DNA of 64,000 nucleotides. Origin: Camelus ferus. Taxonomy: Eukaryota. Below are positions 12,885 to 25,383 of this stretch, one piece after another. The stretch's first letter is position 1; every line of letters starts with the position of its first letter. Where the stretch lies: assembly GCF_009834535.1 (NCBI RefSeq), contig NC_045697.1:90460001-90524000 (forward strand), given 5' to 3'. The position numbers and the translations under genes were made by a program. The notes under the pieces are model-generated. The model was not told the origin of the DNA and searched no databases. It saw nothing but the letters and a program-made list of their open reading frames with translations.

Positions 12885-14374
12885 CTAAGCAGAAAATGGA
12901 AAATATTGATTTTACCCATGTTGACAAATGCTGTTAACTTTTGAGTACCTTGGTTGACACTGTATGAAAAAGGGGTATTCTGAGATTCTCCCTCAGATGC
13001 TGCCAAGGGCCACAGCAGGCATAAAACCCTGCTGCCATGAAGCATATATGGAGTATGTCAAACAATAAGAACTAAAAGCAACAAACCATGGGAATAAACC
13101 CCAGATTAGGGGATTTATTCTCTACCTACAGGGTGATCCTTCCTGTAGAGATGGTATTTGAGCAGCTACCAATGGAGTCCCTTGACCCCAAGTTACTGAC
13201 ACCAGTGGTTTTACAGAAGCAGTGTCAGGGTTTGAATCTACCTGGCTGTTCCTCTCATCCTTTCTCCCCAACTTTGAACTATAAGTACCCAAAGGGACCA
13301 ATCCTATTTTAAACTGCTCTTGACTATCAAAATCTTAGCTGAAGCTCACTGATGAATCACTGTGAAAAAGAGTGAGACTCAGCCAGATCAGAAAGGAAGA
13401 AGAGGACATTCACAACGCAGAAGACCACTCGCCCAGAGCTGGCCAATGCTCACCGGCTTTCTACTCTAGACTTTTGCTGGTACCATGACTTGTCTGAAGG
13501 CTTTCTCAAAATAATCTTTCTCCATTTAAAAAGCAACATCTCCCCCTTGGTTCCCTAATCCCCAATCCCTGGTTGAGTTTTTCTGCTTTAGTTGTGTTTT
13601 CTTCTCTGAAAGAATTTCCCCAAGTTCCCAACACCTTTCTTGGTTATGTTTAGGTTTCTGCAGCAATCAGTTGGGGACAACATATAATGATTTACAGCTT
13701 TGCGGCTTTCTTTACAGACTATTTTAAGACAGAGAGGGAGATTTTCATGTCACAGAATTAAGCTGTTACAGAAATAGAACAAGGGAAAGAATGTAACACC
13801 TTTCATTACACCCTTGCAGTTTTCCCTCCCTGTGCTTGGGGTGAGCAGTCTCCTTGGTTCTCCTCCCCGTGGGGTCATGACAGCTCTGGATCTGAGGCTT
13901 GGGCAGGATGAAGGGGCAAGAAAGTAAGGATGCGACTGGACAGAAGGAATTAGCAGAGAATCAGTAATAACTAACTTTCCCTGTTCCCCCAGCCATTCTT
14001 TGTCTTCTGAGAGGCTTAGAAAAAATGTTTCTAGAAACAATTGTTGCTCTTTCAAAGCAGGGGGGAAAAAGAGAAAAAAAGAAAGAAAGAAAATATCTTA
14101 AGAAGGAGAGGAAGGAAAGAATAAACCATTTATGAGTGCCTACCACATGCCAGGAAACCTGCTAGGAATTGTCATTAGCGTTAATTCACGTCACCTACAA
14201 CCTAAATTCATTTAAGGAGGTAGTCATTATTTCCTTTGTCTATGCTGGTGAGAAAACATACTAAGAAAGATTGTGTGACTTACTAAAGGTCAAACAACTG
14301 GTAAGAGGCAGCTAGCTTGAAACTGATTTATGGACACCAAAATACCTTAAGGAAAGAGTTTTCAATGTTATGTC

Positions 14375-14760
14375 ACTATAAATATTCTATTGCTGCATAG
14401 CAAATACCTACAAAGTTAGCAGCTTGAAACAACACCCATTTATTCTCTCAGTTATGTAAGTCAGAAGTCGTAGAGCTATTCAAATGGATTCTCTGCTCTG
14501 GGTATCACCTTCAAGCTGTTAACCTGGCTGAGTTCTCATCTCTTGTCTGGAGGTTTTGGGAAGAATAGAGTTCCGGGCACATTCCAGCTATTGGCCAAAT
14601 TCAGCTCCTCACAGTTTTAAGACTGAGGTTCCCATTTTCTTGCTGGCTGCTGGCCAAGGGTCATCTCAGCTCCTAGAAGTTATCCTCAGGTCCTGAACAC
14701 TTGGCTCTACATCTTCAAGCCAGCAATGGGGAATTTCCCTTGCATGTAAGAACTTTGACA
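14375..14760. mobile_element. MaLR (MLT1-like) LTR
   Basis: ctattgctgcatagcaaatacc..caaagttagcagcttgaaacaacacccatttatt..ctcagtt. Confidence 0.75.
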
Positions 14761-15057
14761 TCTACTTGCTTCTTTTTCCATTTCCCAGCTTTCCCAGAGC
14801 TGAAATATATGTGGTAACCTCACTTGGCTTTCTGTTCCAAGAGAAACTGCATCTATCTGGGGTCAGTAGCCCAGTCTTGTCCCAGGGCCAGCCCCCTAGT
14901 GTACTTTATGGGGCCAGGCAGATCAAACCTCTTTGTTTCACTACAACTGATGTTATCTCCTTGTACCTTCTGGATTCAAAGAGTCAGCCAGCCCTGGCTT
15001 CTCTCCCCAAGCTCCATGGTTCCATGTCCCCAGTTTTCCACGAGGAAGAGGATTAAC

Positions 15058-15175
15058 CTCTATAGTTCACAATGCCAGTCATCTTTCATCTTCTCTCAAA
15101 ATGTCTTTTCTCTTTTTTCCTTCCTCCTCGTAAAGATAAATTCAAGCATTCTTATATCACTCTTCTCAACCAGTA
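15058..15175 (-). pseudogene. Candidate exon remnant (phase 1>2): LVEKSDIRMLEFIFTRRKEKREKTF*EKMKDDWHCEL*
   Basis: aatttag|TACTGG...TAGAG|gttaat; 118 nt; purine-rich, exon-like composition. Confidence 0.52.
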
Positions 15176-16084
15176 CTAAATTTAGAGATCATCTCTATAG
15201 AGCATTGCTACAGAACAGCTGTATTAAGTGCATAATATATGATTTTAAGATTAAAGGCTTTGGAGTTCTACAAATTCTAGTCAAAACATTATTAAATATT
15301 AAACAAGTCATATTAATTTTGTTTAGAGAAATTTATAAAAACATTGCAGAACCTTTTAAAGTAGCTAAAAATCAACTCCCTTTCCTCCTCCCTCTGCTGC
15401 GGTGTTGTAAAATTAATGCCATCCAAAAAGTAAACATTTGTTTTTTGCTTTATTTTTGTTCATGTAGATTTTCACTTCCAAATTTTTTAAAAGAAAACAT
15501 TTGGAGAATAATATCACTAATCATTTTCCACATGTAAATATTCATTGATTCATGTTCAGTTATCATCTTAATAGCCACTGAATGTGGAATTAACACAAGG
15601 CTTTATGAAATGGATTAAAGCAATGACAGAACATGCAAGGGACAACAAAAAAGAAATCAGGTGAAAGGAGGTGGAGAGGGAAGAGGAGACAAGAGCCATG
15701 AAAAAGAGTTAAAAACAGAACATTAACATGCCATAGAAAAGAGCAAAGATATCAGAATCATTATGCCTTGTTGGATCAGGCAGTTTTAGGATCTTCTATG
15801 TATCTAGAGACAAATTGCAAATAAACAGAATTATACAACTATCTGTCAAAGCTTTAAGAAATCCACATATTAAGCCATATTAAGGTCATTGGTCTAAGTC
15901 CCACTGTTTTGACCTGAGGATCTAAGAGTAAATGCAATTAAAGGGAATTTCAGAATCTGTAGTCAATGTAGAGCTGCCTGTTTGGATTTATATCCATACA
16001 TAGGTAACAGTATTATTTTAAAGAGTAGAAAATTGTACTTTTTTAGGCCAAAAAAAAAAAAAAAAAACTGTGTGGTTTACTTAC

Positions 16085-16180
16085 ATACTAATGTGATTAT
16101 GGTTCCTGAAGAATGAAAATTATACCAGATCAGTATTATCCTTTCAACAGCACTTTTGTCCTGAGTATTAGCAGAAGGAG
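16085..16180 (-). pseudogene. Candidate exon remnant (phase 1>1): PSANTQDKSAVERIILIWYNFHSSGTIITLV
   Basis: cttttag|CTCC...GTAT|gtaagt (consensus donor); 96 nt, open. Confidence 0.55.
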
Positions 16181-16284
16181 CTAAAAGTATGGACATTTTC
16201 TTTAATATTTTCCTTTCTTTTTCCTGTCATTCACAGTCTTCTCATTTCTCGCAAGCCTCCCATGTCATTTTGATGTAGTTTTTT

Positions 16285-16670
16285 TGATGTAGGTTTCCTC
16301 AGGCCTCTGTAACAAAATACCACAGACTGGGTGGCTTAAACAGCAGACATTTATTTCCTCACAATTCTGGAGGCCAAAAGTCCAAGATCAAGGGAGGGTT
16401 TGTTTCTTCTGAGGACCTTTCTCTTTGGCTTGTCCATGGCTATCGATCTTCTCCCTGTGTCTTTACAGAGTCTGTTGTGTGTCTGTATCCTAACCTCTTC
16501 TTCTCATAAGGACACCAGTCATCTTGAGTTAGGGGGAACCCTAATGACTTCATTTTACCTCCGTTACCTCTTTGAAGACCTAATCTCCAAATAGAATCAC
16601 ATTCTGAGGTACTAGGGGTTAGGACTTCAACATATGGATTGGGTTGGGGACACAATTCCACCCATAACAG
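16285..16670. mobile_element. MaLR (MLT1A/B-like) LTR
   Basis: tgtaacaaaataccacagactgggtggcttaaacagcagacatttatttcctcacaattctggagg...ggacacaattccacccataaca. Confidence 0.9.
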
Positions 16671-17835
16671 TGGTCTTTGAAAAACTTTGCTCTGAAAAGG
16701 AATTCTTATCTGTGGATATGTCATCTTAATCAATGATTGTTGCCCTTTTTAAGTTTTTCACAAGTGAAAAGCCTGAAAGAAGAATTTCAAAACCAGCAAC
16801 TGGACAAGCAAAACCTTATTTCTGTCCTGAAATGTCATCTTCTATTTGTGACTTTCTCACATTAATTGTGACTCTACCACTGAGCCATCCATGAAGTAAA
16901 CACGTTGCTGTTTCCTTTTTGTTTGTTTGTTTAAAATTTGCTTAATGTGTTTCCTTTAATAAGGGGGTAATAAAACATCGGTAAAATGTGGAAATAATAC
17001 CATAAGCTTAGGCGAGCTCTAAGACAGCGTAACCAATGGTCTCCTGAAACTAGTATTTAAATCCTGCCTCTGCCACTCACATAATGCTAGGTTGCCTACT
17101 ATTCAGCTCACTATGAACCTTAGTTTCTTAATCTGTATAATAGGAACAGTATTTTCTCTGTGGTGGCTTTGTCTGAAAGGAAACCCCAAACCTGGTGGGT
17201 GTGACATTGGCACACTTCTGCCCCCGTTGGCAAGTTTTGGAAATATGTGGGCAGTGGGAAGGGCAAAAATAAAACGTGGAAACTGTGAAACATAATCCAT
17301 GAGATGCCTTCCTTGTAAAGCACACTAGCTTTTTAATTGTTAATTTTCTTGCCTCCTCAGTACTCTCTCTCCTTGTACTCTCAGTAGTCCAAAACAAACA
17401 ATGCCAGGAAATTTCAGGAGTCATTCAGTTACCCCAGAGGAATTGCAGTTATTTTTTTATCTTTATTTTCCCTTCTCCTCTAAATCACAAGGATTTGTGG
17501 CAAATATCTTTGTGTCATTAATGAGGCCTTTTTTTATTTGCGATAAAATGCACATAGAATTTACCATCTTAACCTTTTTAAAAGCACAGTTCAATGGCAC
17601 ATTGTTGAGCTACCTGAAAAGAAAATAACTTTAGTTTTCCTAATTTAAAAAATAACTATAATTGTAAATAGTTCAGAGGGATGTTAAAAATCAAAGTAAA
17701 AAGTTATCCCAAATTCTACCGTCAGGAAAAAAAAAATCATTTTTTATTTTAACAAACAGCTGCCCTGAATGTCTAACCTAAACATTAGTTGCAGTCCCCA
17801 TGACTGGTGAGAACTACATATATTTTGGCACTGAC

Positions 17836-17971
17836 CCTAAGTGCACTGCTTCTCCACCTCCATTCTGTGTTTTTCTGCATAGTGTCCAAGCTGGCCACTG
17901 CTCTACCCCTTCACTATGCAAAATACTTCCAACTGAGTGAAGGGTGTATGTATAGTGGAAATTACCAATGC
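17836..17971 (-). pseudogene. Candidate exon remnant (phase 0>1): ALVISTIHTPFTQLEVFCIVKG*SSGQLGHYAEKHRMEVEKQCT*
   Basis: ctgttgtcttag|GCATTG...TAGG|gtcagt; 136 nt. Confidence 0.5.
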
Positions 17972-18624
17972 CTAAGACAACAGTGGAGGCAGCAGAGAAA
18001 AGCAATCAGTGTGAAATTTCATCTTATACATCCTGTTCTTTTAAAGAAAAAATCCCTAAGCCATTACTACTCCAAAGAAATTTTCACATACTACCATTTA
18101 GCCTCTGTGCAGCCCCCTTGCATTTCCCCTCCTGACTCTCTGGCTAGCTTGTAATCCCAACATTTCTTTCAATTTCTTATGCAGAAGAGTTCAGCTTTCT
18201 CTTTATCCCTTCCGTCCCCATCACAGCTACACCAAGGGAGCCTCATCTTCACAAGGAAACATACCGACCTAGCACAGATGATTATCAGATTTCCCAACAT
18301 GATTCATTAAATAATTTATATTTTCTTTTAATAGATTTAGTGACAGCTTTATCATATCTTAAATTTCTGTATACAAGTCCATATCTGAATTCTGCTTCAT
18401 TAATTCATATAGCTACTATTACATCAGACTATTTTAACTGCAAAATTTTCATAATATATTTTATTATTTTTTAAATTTTATTTTATTGAGTTACAGTCAT
18501 AATATATTTTAATATGCAATTGATCAAGTATCCCCTCATTAAATATCCTGTATATTCTCGTGTATTTCTTCTTTCAGCTAAAATCTAATTTTGTCAAGTT
18601 TTACCCCAAATGCATTTATTTTTT

Positions 18625-18752
18625 AATCATTTGGGGGGGCGATAATTAGGTTTATTTATTTATTTTTAATGGAGATACTGGGGATTGAACTCAGGACTTC
18701 ATGCATGCTAAGCACGTGCTCTACGACTGAGCTATGTATCCTGCCCCCCTAT
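18625..18752 (-). mobile_element. Vic-1-type tRNA-derived SINE (camelid)
   Basis: Reverse complement reads atagctcagtcgtagagcacgtgcttagcatgcatgaagtcctgagttcaatccccagtatctcc plus aataaataaacctaatta tail. Confidence 0.85.
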
Positions 18753-18829
18753 CCATAGTGCATTTTTTATTTTTTATTTATATTTAATGAAATTGTATAT
18801 TATTTTTACATGACTGTGTCTTCCTATTC

Positions 18830-19985
18830 AAAAAAAGCTTACATATTAACATATGGAAATTAATAGCTTTTATACACACAGCCAATAACCACTTAGAGAT
18901 ATAAGGGTAGAAAAAAGTCCATTTACAATAGCAATAAAAAGATTAAAATACTTGGGAAAATTTAGCAAGAAATATGCAAAATTGTTTTTTAGAAAAACTT
19001 TGAAACACTCCTGAAAGACATAAAGTAAAGCTGAATAAAGAAAAAGTCTTCCCTTGTTCTTGGATAGGAAGACCCAGCATCTTAAAGATGTCAGTTGCCC
19101 CTAAACTGATTCATGAATTTAATGCAATCTCTCAATATACATACCAACACACTTTTAATGGAACTAGACTAGACAATTGATACTTAAACTTCATGTGGAA
19201 AAATAAACACATAAGAATAGGCAGAGAAACACTGAAAAAGAAAAGCTATGATAGAGGGAGTGGTGACTAACCCTACCATATATTAAAACACCATTAACCT
19301 CTATAATTAGAACAATGTGGTATCGGTGTATCAGTAGACTAGTCAAATGGAATAGAAATTTACATAATGGACTCAAGTACATATTAAACTTGAGTATGTG
19401 ATTAAAGTGGCATCCCAAGTCACTACAGAAAAAAATAGACTTTTTTCATAAATGGGAATGGAACAGCTGTTTGGCCATTTGAAAACATAGATAAAGTTAG
19501 ATCCATACCTTGCAGTACACACACACACTCATATACATATATCTTCCAAAGGAGAACAGAGCTAAATGTAAAAAATAAAATGACTCAATTACTAAAAGAA
19601 GACACGGTTGAATTCCTCACTGATTCAGTGTAGGAAACAACGTTCTAACCGTAAATAAAAATCCAGAAGCAATTTTTAAAAGATTGATACATTTGACTCC
19701 ACAAAAATTAACAACTTCATTTGAAAAATAAATGTCAAAGACAAATGACAAACAGAAAAAATATTCACAACATAGATCATAGATAAAAGGCTAGTATCCG
19801 TAATATATGAAGAACTCCTAAAAACTGAGGGGTAAGGGATCAAAAACATAACAGAAAAATGGATAAAGATGTTCATCCTCACTAATGACAAGAGAAATGC
19901 AAATTAAAACAAACACTCTCTTGGCAAAGCTTAGAGAAACATTTGTTCTCATACACCGCTGGTAGGAAAGGAAACATAGCAGTTA
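18830..19985 (+). mobile_element. Old degenerate L1 ORF2 segment (L1MC/ME-like)
   Basis: ccatttacaatagcaataaaa, gttcttggataggaagacccagcatcttaaagatgtcagtt, gaaatgcaaattaaaacaa. Confidence 0.85.
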
Positions 19986-20390
19986 AAACAAGAACATAAT
20001 AGATGAGGGGAGAAGCCCAGTGTTGATCCCTAGTGATAAAAATGAATAAGACACACTCCCTGTCCTTGTATGCATAGTCTCTGTCCCCTGTCTTTGAGAA
20101 GAAAACAGTGCAGTAGTTAGACACATAAAGTATAATTTTAATGAACTGTGCTAAGTGCCAGAATGTCATAAGAACAAAGAGGGCACTTAACAGACTAGAA
20201 GGGAAGGACTTCCTGAAGGAAGTGATGCCTAAACTAGTACAGGTGAGCCAGGAGAGGAGGAAAGGGAAGAGCAAGTGCAAAGAGCTTACACTTCATCACA
20301 TCAGCAAGACAGGGCCGTTCTGGTGTCTCAGGAAAAGTGGTAGCACTTAATTCCACGGCAGATAAAATCCTACCCGTGGGACCAGCATAC

Positions 20391-20574
20391 CAGATGGCCA
20401 GCAGGCCGTCTCTCCTTGACAGTACAAGTTGGTCTCTTTAAATGTGAGCGGATATATTCAATCAGGGGACAGTGAAGTCTGGCTTGCCTGGGGGTCATTT
20501 GGATTTTTACAATCTGATCATTCTTTATTGATATCAAAGTTTCCTTCCCAGAGTATAATCTGATTCCCAAACTC
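20391..20574 (-). pseudogene. Candidate exon remnant (phase 2>0): SLGIRLYSGKETLISIKNDQIVKIQMTPRQARLHCPLIEYIRSHLKRPTCTVKERRPAGHL
   Basis: ttctctag|GAGTTT...CTG|gtatgc; fully open for 61 codons (track ORF 20370..20585). Confidence 0.55.
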
Positions 20575-21029
20575 CTAGAGAACACCTCACCACAGAGCCC
20601 AACTCAAGGTACATAAATGGTCAGGTGTGTGCATTTCAAACACATATATCATTCTCTCTGTAATGTACATAACAGCTTGTAGAGAGCAGTGACTGCTGAA
20701 TATGGAAGCCAGGTAGTAGCGTACAGAAACGGTCTAGCAGAGGAGTGATGAGGGTCTAACTAGGGCAATCATGATGGGGGTGGGAAGGAGGGGCCGAAGT
20801 TGCCTGAAGTCACAGTCTTTCTCCCCCATACAGAGAAATTCCCTTTTTCATTATAAGTTTGAAGCCTGCAAATGTCTTACTCTAGCAGTAAATAAACATA
20901 ATCAAAATATCACATATAGAATAGGATGGCTTTCATTTTTATATTTCAATTCAGCATTTGAGCACTGGTTTAGTATTTTTCTACAGAGAAAAATGACATA
21001 TTAGTGACAATATTCATTGAAGAATTTAC

Positions 21030-21330
21030 CTGGCACCATAACTGTACAGACATCATATCATTCTTAGGATTGTAACAATGAAAACACATTCATGAAAGTG
21101 GCAGAAATAAAAATAATGATCAGATTTCTCATTATGAATGAGCCTCATAAAATAAAATTAGCCACTTCTCCAAAAATGACACTTAGTACTTGGTGCAGAG
21201 GAGCTGGAAGAGCACAGAGAGCATTACAGAGAAAATCGAGCTCTTTTATGTTTGTTTTCTGTCAACTGTCTTAATTTTCCAAAGTTATTTTTCTCTTTTT
21301 TCTTTCTTATTTCTTTTTCTTAAATGTAAT
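21030..21330 (-). pseudogene. Candidate exon remnant (301 nt; K/R-rich start, frame ambiguous)
   Basis: ttgacag|ATTAC...GCCAG|gtaaat. Chained frame reads YI*EKEIRKKKEKNNFGKLRQLTENKHKRARFSL*...; an alternative frame reads KELDFLCNALCALPAPLHQVLSVIFGEVANFIL*. Confidence 0.42.
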
Positions 21331-21396
21331 CTGTCAACATTGCTTATCACAATAAACTTTAATTGCTTTATATTAATAGACTGCTTAAATTAGTAC

Positions 21397-21444
21397 CTTT
21401 AGTTCTTTTTAGGTGATAGTCCTCTCTCTTCCACTGTTTCCAAC
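21397..21444 (-). pseudogene. Candidate short exon remnant (phase 1>1): WKQWKREDYHLKRTK
   Basis: gaagtag|GTTGG...AAAG|gtacta; 48 nt, open in the chained frame; following intron only 66 nt. Confidence 0.33.
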
Positions 21445-21864
21445 CTACTTCACAACTCTGTGTGTGTACATATATAGGTATACATATATATGTACATATA
21501 TAATTTACAGTATGTTTTGCAGTACACCTTCAGTTATTACATAATATGGGCACATCACAAGAAAAAGACCATTTTTTTCTATGAATGTTTGTCTAGCAGC
21601 TTAGGAAATGATCTTTGCAAATTTATCACTTGCTGTTGAGTTATAGAATCAATAGTAAGGTTGAGATTGCAACAGCATTACCTAACTTCAATAGCGAAGA
21701 ACTGTCTCACACATGTGAGATGAGAATCTGATTAAACTTACCGAAGTTTTCCTTTTAGAAGTGATGTACATTTTTAAAATTTAGGTATCTGGTATTTTAT
21801 GACTTGCTTGAGAATTACTTAAAATCTTATACCACACAGGCCTTTAAGAGTATTTGCCTCTTAC

Positions 21865-21922
21865 CTAATGCCATCTGGTGTAGATCAGCTTATTATATAT
21901 AGCGTCATCTCCAAAGAATTCT
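21865..21922 (-). pseudogene. Candidate short exon remnant (58 nt, frame ambiguous)
   Basis: atatag|AGAATT...ATTAG|gtaaga (strong donor, weak acceptor tract). Confidence 0.38.
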
Positions 21923-23217
21923 CTATATTATTTATAAATATTATAATATGGGTTGTAATAAGTTATGAAAAAATGCAAACACATCTGGAGGTCATTTAAC
22001 AAAAATCAATAAACCCTTTATGGTCTGAGCTGTTATTCATATGTTAATCTGATTGGCTCACTAAACATTTCCATTGTTTCACTAAACATTGCTAGTTTGT
22101 CCAAACATGTCTCAGAGTAGATCAAAAGACTCAGTAGCTACATAAAGCACTAATTAAGTTTTTCAGAACACTATTCCTTAGAAAGCTGTAATCCTCTTAC
22201 ATTGGTGAATATTTGAACAATAGAAGTGTGAACATAGAAATTAGGGCAACAGAAATGTGAACACTTCAAACTACGCAGGCAAAAGGAAACACCATGGGAG
22301 AGGATTAGAACTCTTATCATCTAGGCAGCCTGTATAAGCGAAACTACTCATTAAAGATTGCTTTGCCCAAGTTTTCTAAATCATTACTTCAAACCTCAAA
22401 TCCCTTTGTCTGTACCAATGTAACTATCAGAGATTCCCATAAAAAGAGTCCCTTGTACATTTTCAAACCACCAAAACCTCAATCACACATATTTATAACC
22501 CTAATGGACTTACCCTTGCAAAATTCCTATTGATTTCAGCAGGACACATCCATTCCCCAGAGTACAGTCAGCTTTTCTCATCTACTTTAATGAGAAAACA
22601 TTCTATTAATAAAGCAGGTGGCAACCATTACAAATGTCTTATTAAATATTAAATAGTGGGGGATTTCTCTGAGCCAAGGAACATAAATAGGCAATATCCA
22701 TTATGTATCCTGTACTGGCAAAGTCGCTCTTTTATAGACTCTCACCAGAATTGAGTGGTTTGACATCTCACCCTAAAAGACAGGAAGGTCACTGTTTCTG
22801 ACAGCCTGCCTTGTGCCAAGCACAGTACGAGACACATTTATATACATTATGATTTTACTGACAAGTAACTGAGGTTCTTACAGGTCATAATAAATTACCT
22901 ACTAAAGGACACATAATTATAAAAGGTCAGACCAACTCCAAAGCCCAAGTCCTTCCCACTTTACCTCACTGTGCACAACCCTAACTAGGGGTACAGAACA
23001 CAAAAATGTAAAGGCATTCTAAATTAACTCATATGTCAGCCCAAGTGTACAGAGAGAACATAGCTCCACTTTGAAGTTAGTATGATTTTTCTCATAAGCC
23101 CCCACCCTCTGGGTAGTAGGGGGAAAAAATCACTGGACACAAAATCTGGTTTAAACCTTAGTCCACTCCAGTAGCTTGAACTGTGTCTGCAGGTAGCATC
23201 TAGTGGATCCTCCTCAC

Positions 23218-23479
23218 CATACTCTCTCTGCCATAGAGCAGCAAGGCTCATGTTCTAGATGGCCAGAAAAGTGGCACCGGCTCTGCTCCACAGATAGAGT
23301 GCTTTGAATTTGTTCCTTGATATGCTAAAGGCGAAGAATACAGGATTTTAGAAAACCCTTTCTTGTCTAATAGCCTGGCTTGCAAAACTATGGTCTTGGA
23401 GAAAATTTGAATCCAGGAGCTAAATTTCTTCACCTTCTTTCTGTCCCCACCCAAAATGGGATTCCTGGACCAGCCAGAG
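23218..23479 (-). pseudogene. Candidate exon remnant (phase 2>0): SGWSRNPILGGDRKKVKKFSSWIQIFSKTIVLQARLLDKKGFSKILYSSPLAYQGTNSKHSICGAEPVPLFWPSRT*ALLLYGRESM
   Basis: accttag|CTCTGG...ATG|gtgagg; 1 stop in 87 codons (track ORF 23248..23454). Confidence 0.48.
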
Positions 23480-23550
23480 CTAAGGTTACGTATTCAGAAA
23501 GGCAGAAGAGAAAAGCATGTTAATAAATTTCAAACTAATTTTGCCAATCA

Positions 23551-24500
23551 ATGACTTAATAAGAGAAAAACAAACAACCCAATCCAAAAATGGGCAGAAG
23601 ACCTAAACAAGCAATTCTCCAAGGAAGAAATACAAATGATCAATAGGCACATGAAAAAATGCTCAATATCACTAATTATCAAAGAAATGAAAGTCAAAAC
23701 TACAATGAGATATCACCTCACATCAGTCAGAATGGCCATCATTCAAAAATCCACAAATGAAAAATGCTGAACAGGCTGTGGAGAAAAGGGAACCCTCCTA
23801 CACTGCTGGTGGGAATGCAGTTTGGTGCAGCCACTGTGGAAAACAGCATGGAGATTCCTCAAAAGACTAGGAATAGACTTATCATATGACCCAGTCATCC
23901 CTCTCCTGGGCATATATCCAGAAGGAACCCTACTTCAAAAAGACACCTGCACCCCAATGTTCATAGCAGCACTATTTACAATAGCTAAGACATGGAAACA
24001 GCCTAAATGTCTCATCAACAGATGACTGGATACAGAAGATGTGGTATATTTACTCAATGGAATACTATTCAGCCATAAAAACTGACAACATAATGCCATT
24101 TGCAGCAACATGGATGTTCCTGGAGAATGTCATTCTAAGTGAAGTAAGCCAAAAAGAGAAAAATACCATATGAGATCACTCATATGTGTAGTAAAAAAAA
24201 AAGAACATAAATACAAAACAGAAACAGACTCATAGACATAGAATACAAACTTGTGGTTGCCAAGGGGGCAGGGGGTCAGAAGGGACAGACTGGGATTTCA
24301 AAATGTAGAATAGACAAGCAAGATTATACTGTATAGCACAGGGAGATATAGACAAGATCTTGTGGTAGCTCACAGCAAAAGAGAATGTAACAATGAATAT
24401 ATGTATGTTCATGTATAACTGAAAAATTGTGCTCTATGCTGGAATTTGACACATTGTAAAATGGCTATAACTCAATAAAAAAGGTTAAAAATAATAATAA
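23551..24500 (+). mobile_element. Young 5'-truncated L1 (ORF2 C-terminus plus 3' UTR) with 15-bp TSD
   Basis: ORF2 peptide [57 protein letters not shown] taattttgc(c/a)aatca at 23536-23550 and 24501-24515. Confidence 0.95.
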
Positions 24501-24736
24501 TAATTTTGCAAATCATACAAGCATGGTGGATGTGGCTAGTACAATAGAAACTCAATTTTGTGAAATTATCTTTCATTTGAAAATATAAACTTTTTGTCAT
24601 GAGTATATCATCATATGTACTATGGAAATGAACAGTGGATAATAACTTGTTGCAGAATCTTTTAAAAAGGTTTTCCCCTTCAATTTTTAATTAAAATGTT
24701 TAACTATTAAATGAAGAATCAAGTCACAAAATAAAT

Positions 24737-24737
24737 C

Positions 24738-24776
<39 letters not shown>
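24737..24776. repeat. (TA)n microsatellite
   Basis: Direct reading. Confidence 0.9.
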
Positions 24777-25239
24777 ATTTTCCTCACAGTCCACTCCCTT
24801 GAGGTAGCAGAAGTAATGTAAGCACCCTAGTGTGTATTTTTCCACACCTGCATCCACACTTATACAAATATATAAAGACACACAAAGATACAAATAGGGA
24901 TTTTTGTATCATTATGTAAATATACACATTACTCTTCAACTTACTTTTCTCATTTAACAGTCGCTAAAACCGAATTCTTAAGTTGGTTAAAACAAAGTCC
25001 CACACAAATAGTAATGGGCACATGTCAAGATTTCATTTGACTTATTAATGAGAAAATAAGCAGAATGACAATATTGATTCAATTTGGATAGGAGAAACTT
25101 AGGCTTATATAAACCAAAAAAAGAAATGCCATAAGTAAAACTGCTAGATTAAATGTAAAATTGGACATTGCCCTACAGGGAAATATAATCATAACCTTTG
25201 GAGTTATCTCCTTTACTATACAGGAAAAAAAAATCATAC

Positions 25240-25383
25240 CTTACTAGATTTCTACAAGTTAACCTTTAACTTTCACTGAGCTGTAAAATGGCTGGGCCCT
25301 AAAAAGTTCTAAACATTATCAGGCTAAGTCTCTCTTCCTTGAGAGAGAGCTCGATGACCCTCACACTGGCTTGTTAGAAAATG
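25240..25383 (-). pseudogene. Candidate exon remnant (phase 2>2): IF*QASVRVIELSLKEERLSLIMFRTF*GPAILQLSES*RLTCRNLV
   Basis: cctgctatag|...GTAAG|gtatga; 144 nt. Confidence 0.48.

Noticed and set aside
14824..15537. Longest ORF in the track (237 aa, plus strand)
   Set aside because: Starts at TTG, has low-complexity F/L/I/K composition, no recognisable domain and no splice context. It overlaps a better-supported minus-strand exon remnant, so it is probably chance.
21100..21255. GAP-domain-like reading KELDFLCNALCALPAPLHQVLSVIFGEVANFIL
   Set aside because: Only a superficial resemblance, and it is not the frame given by the exon chain. No domain call is supportable without a profile search.
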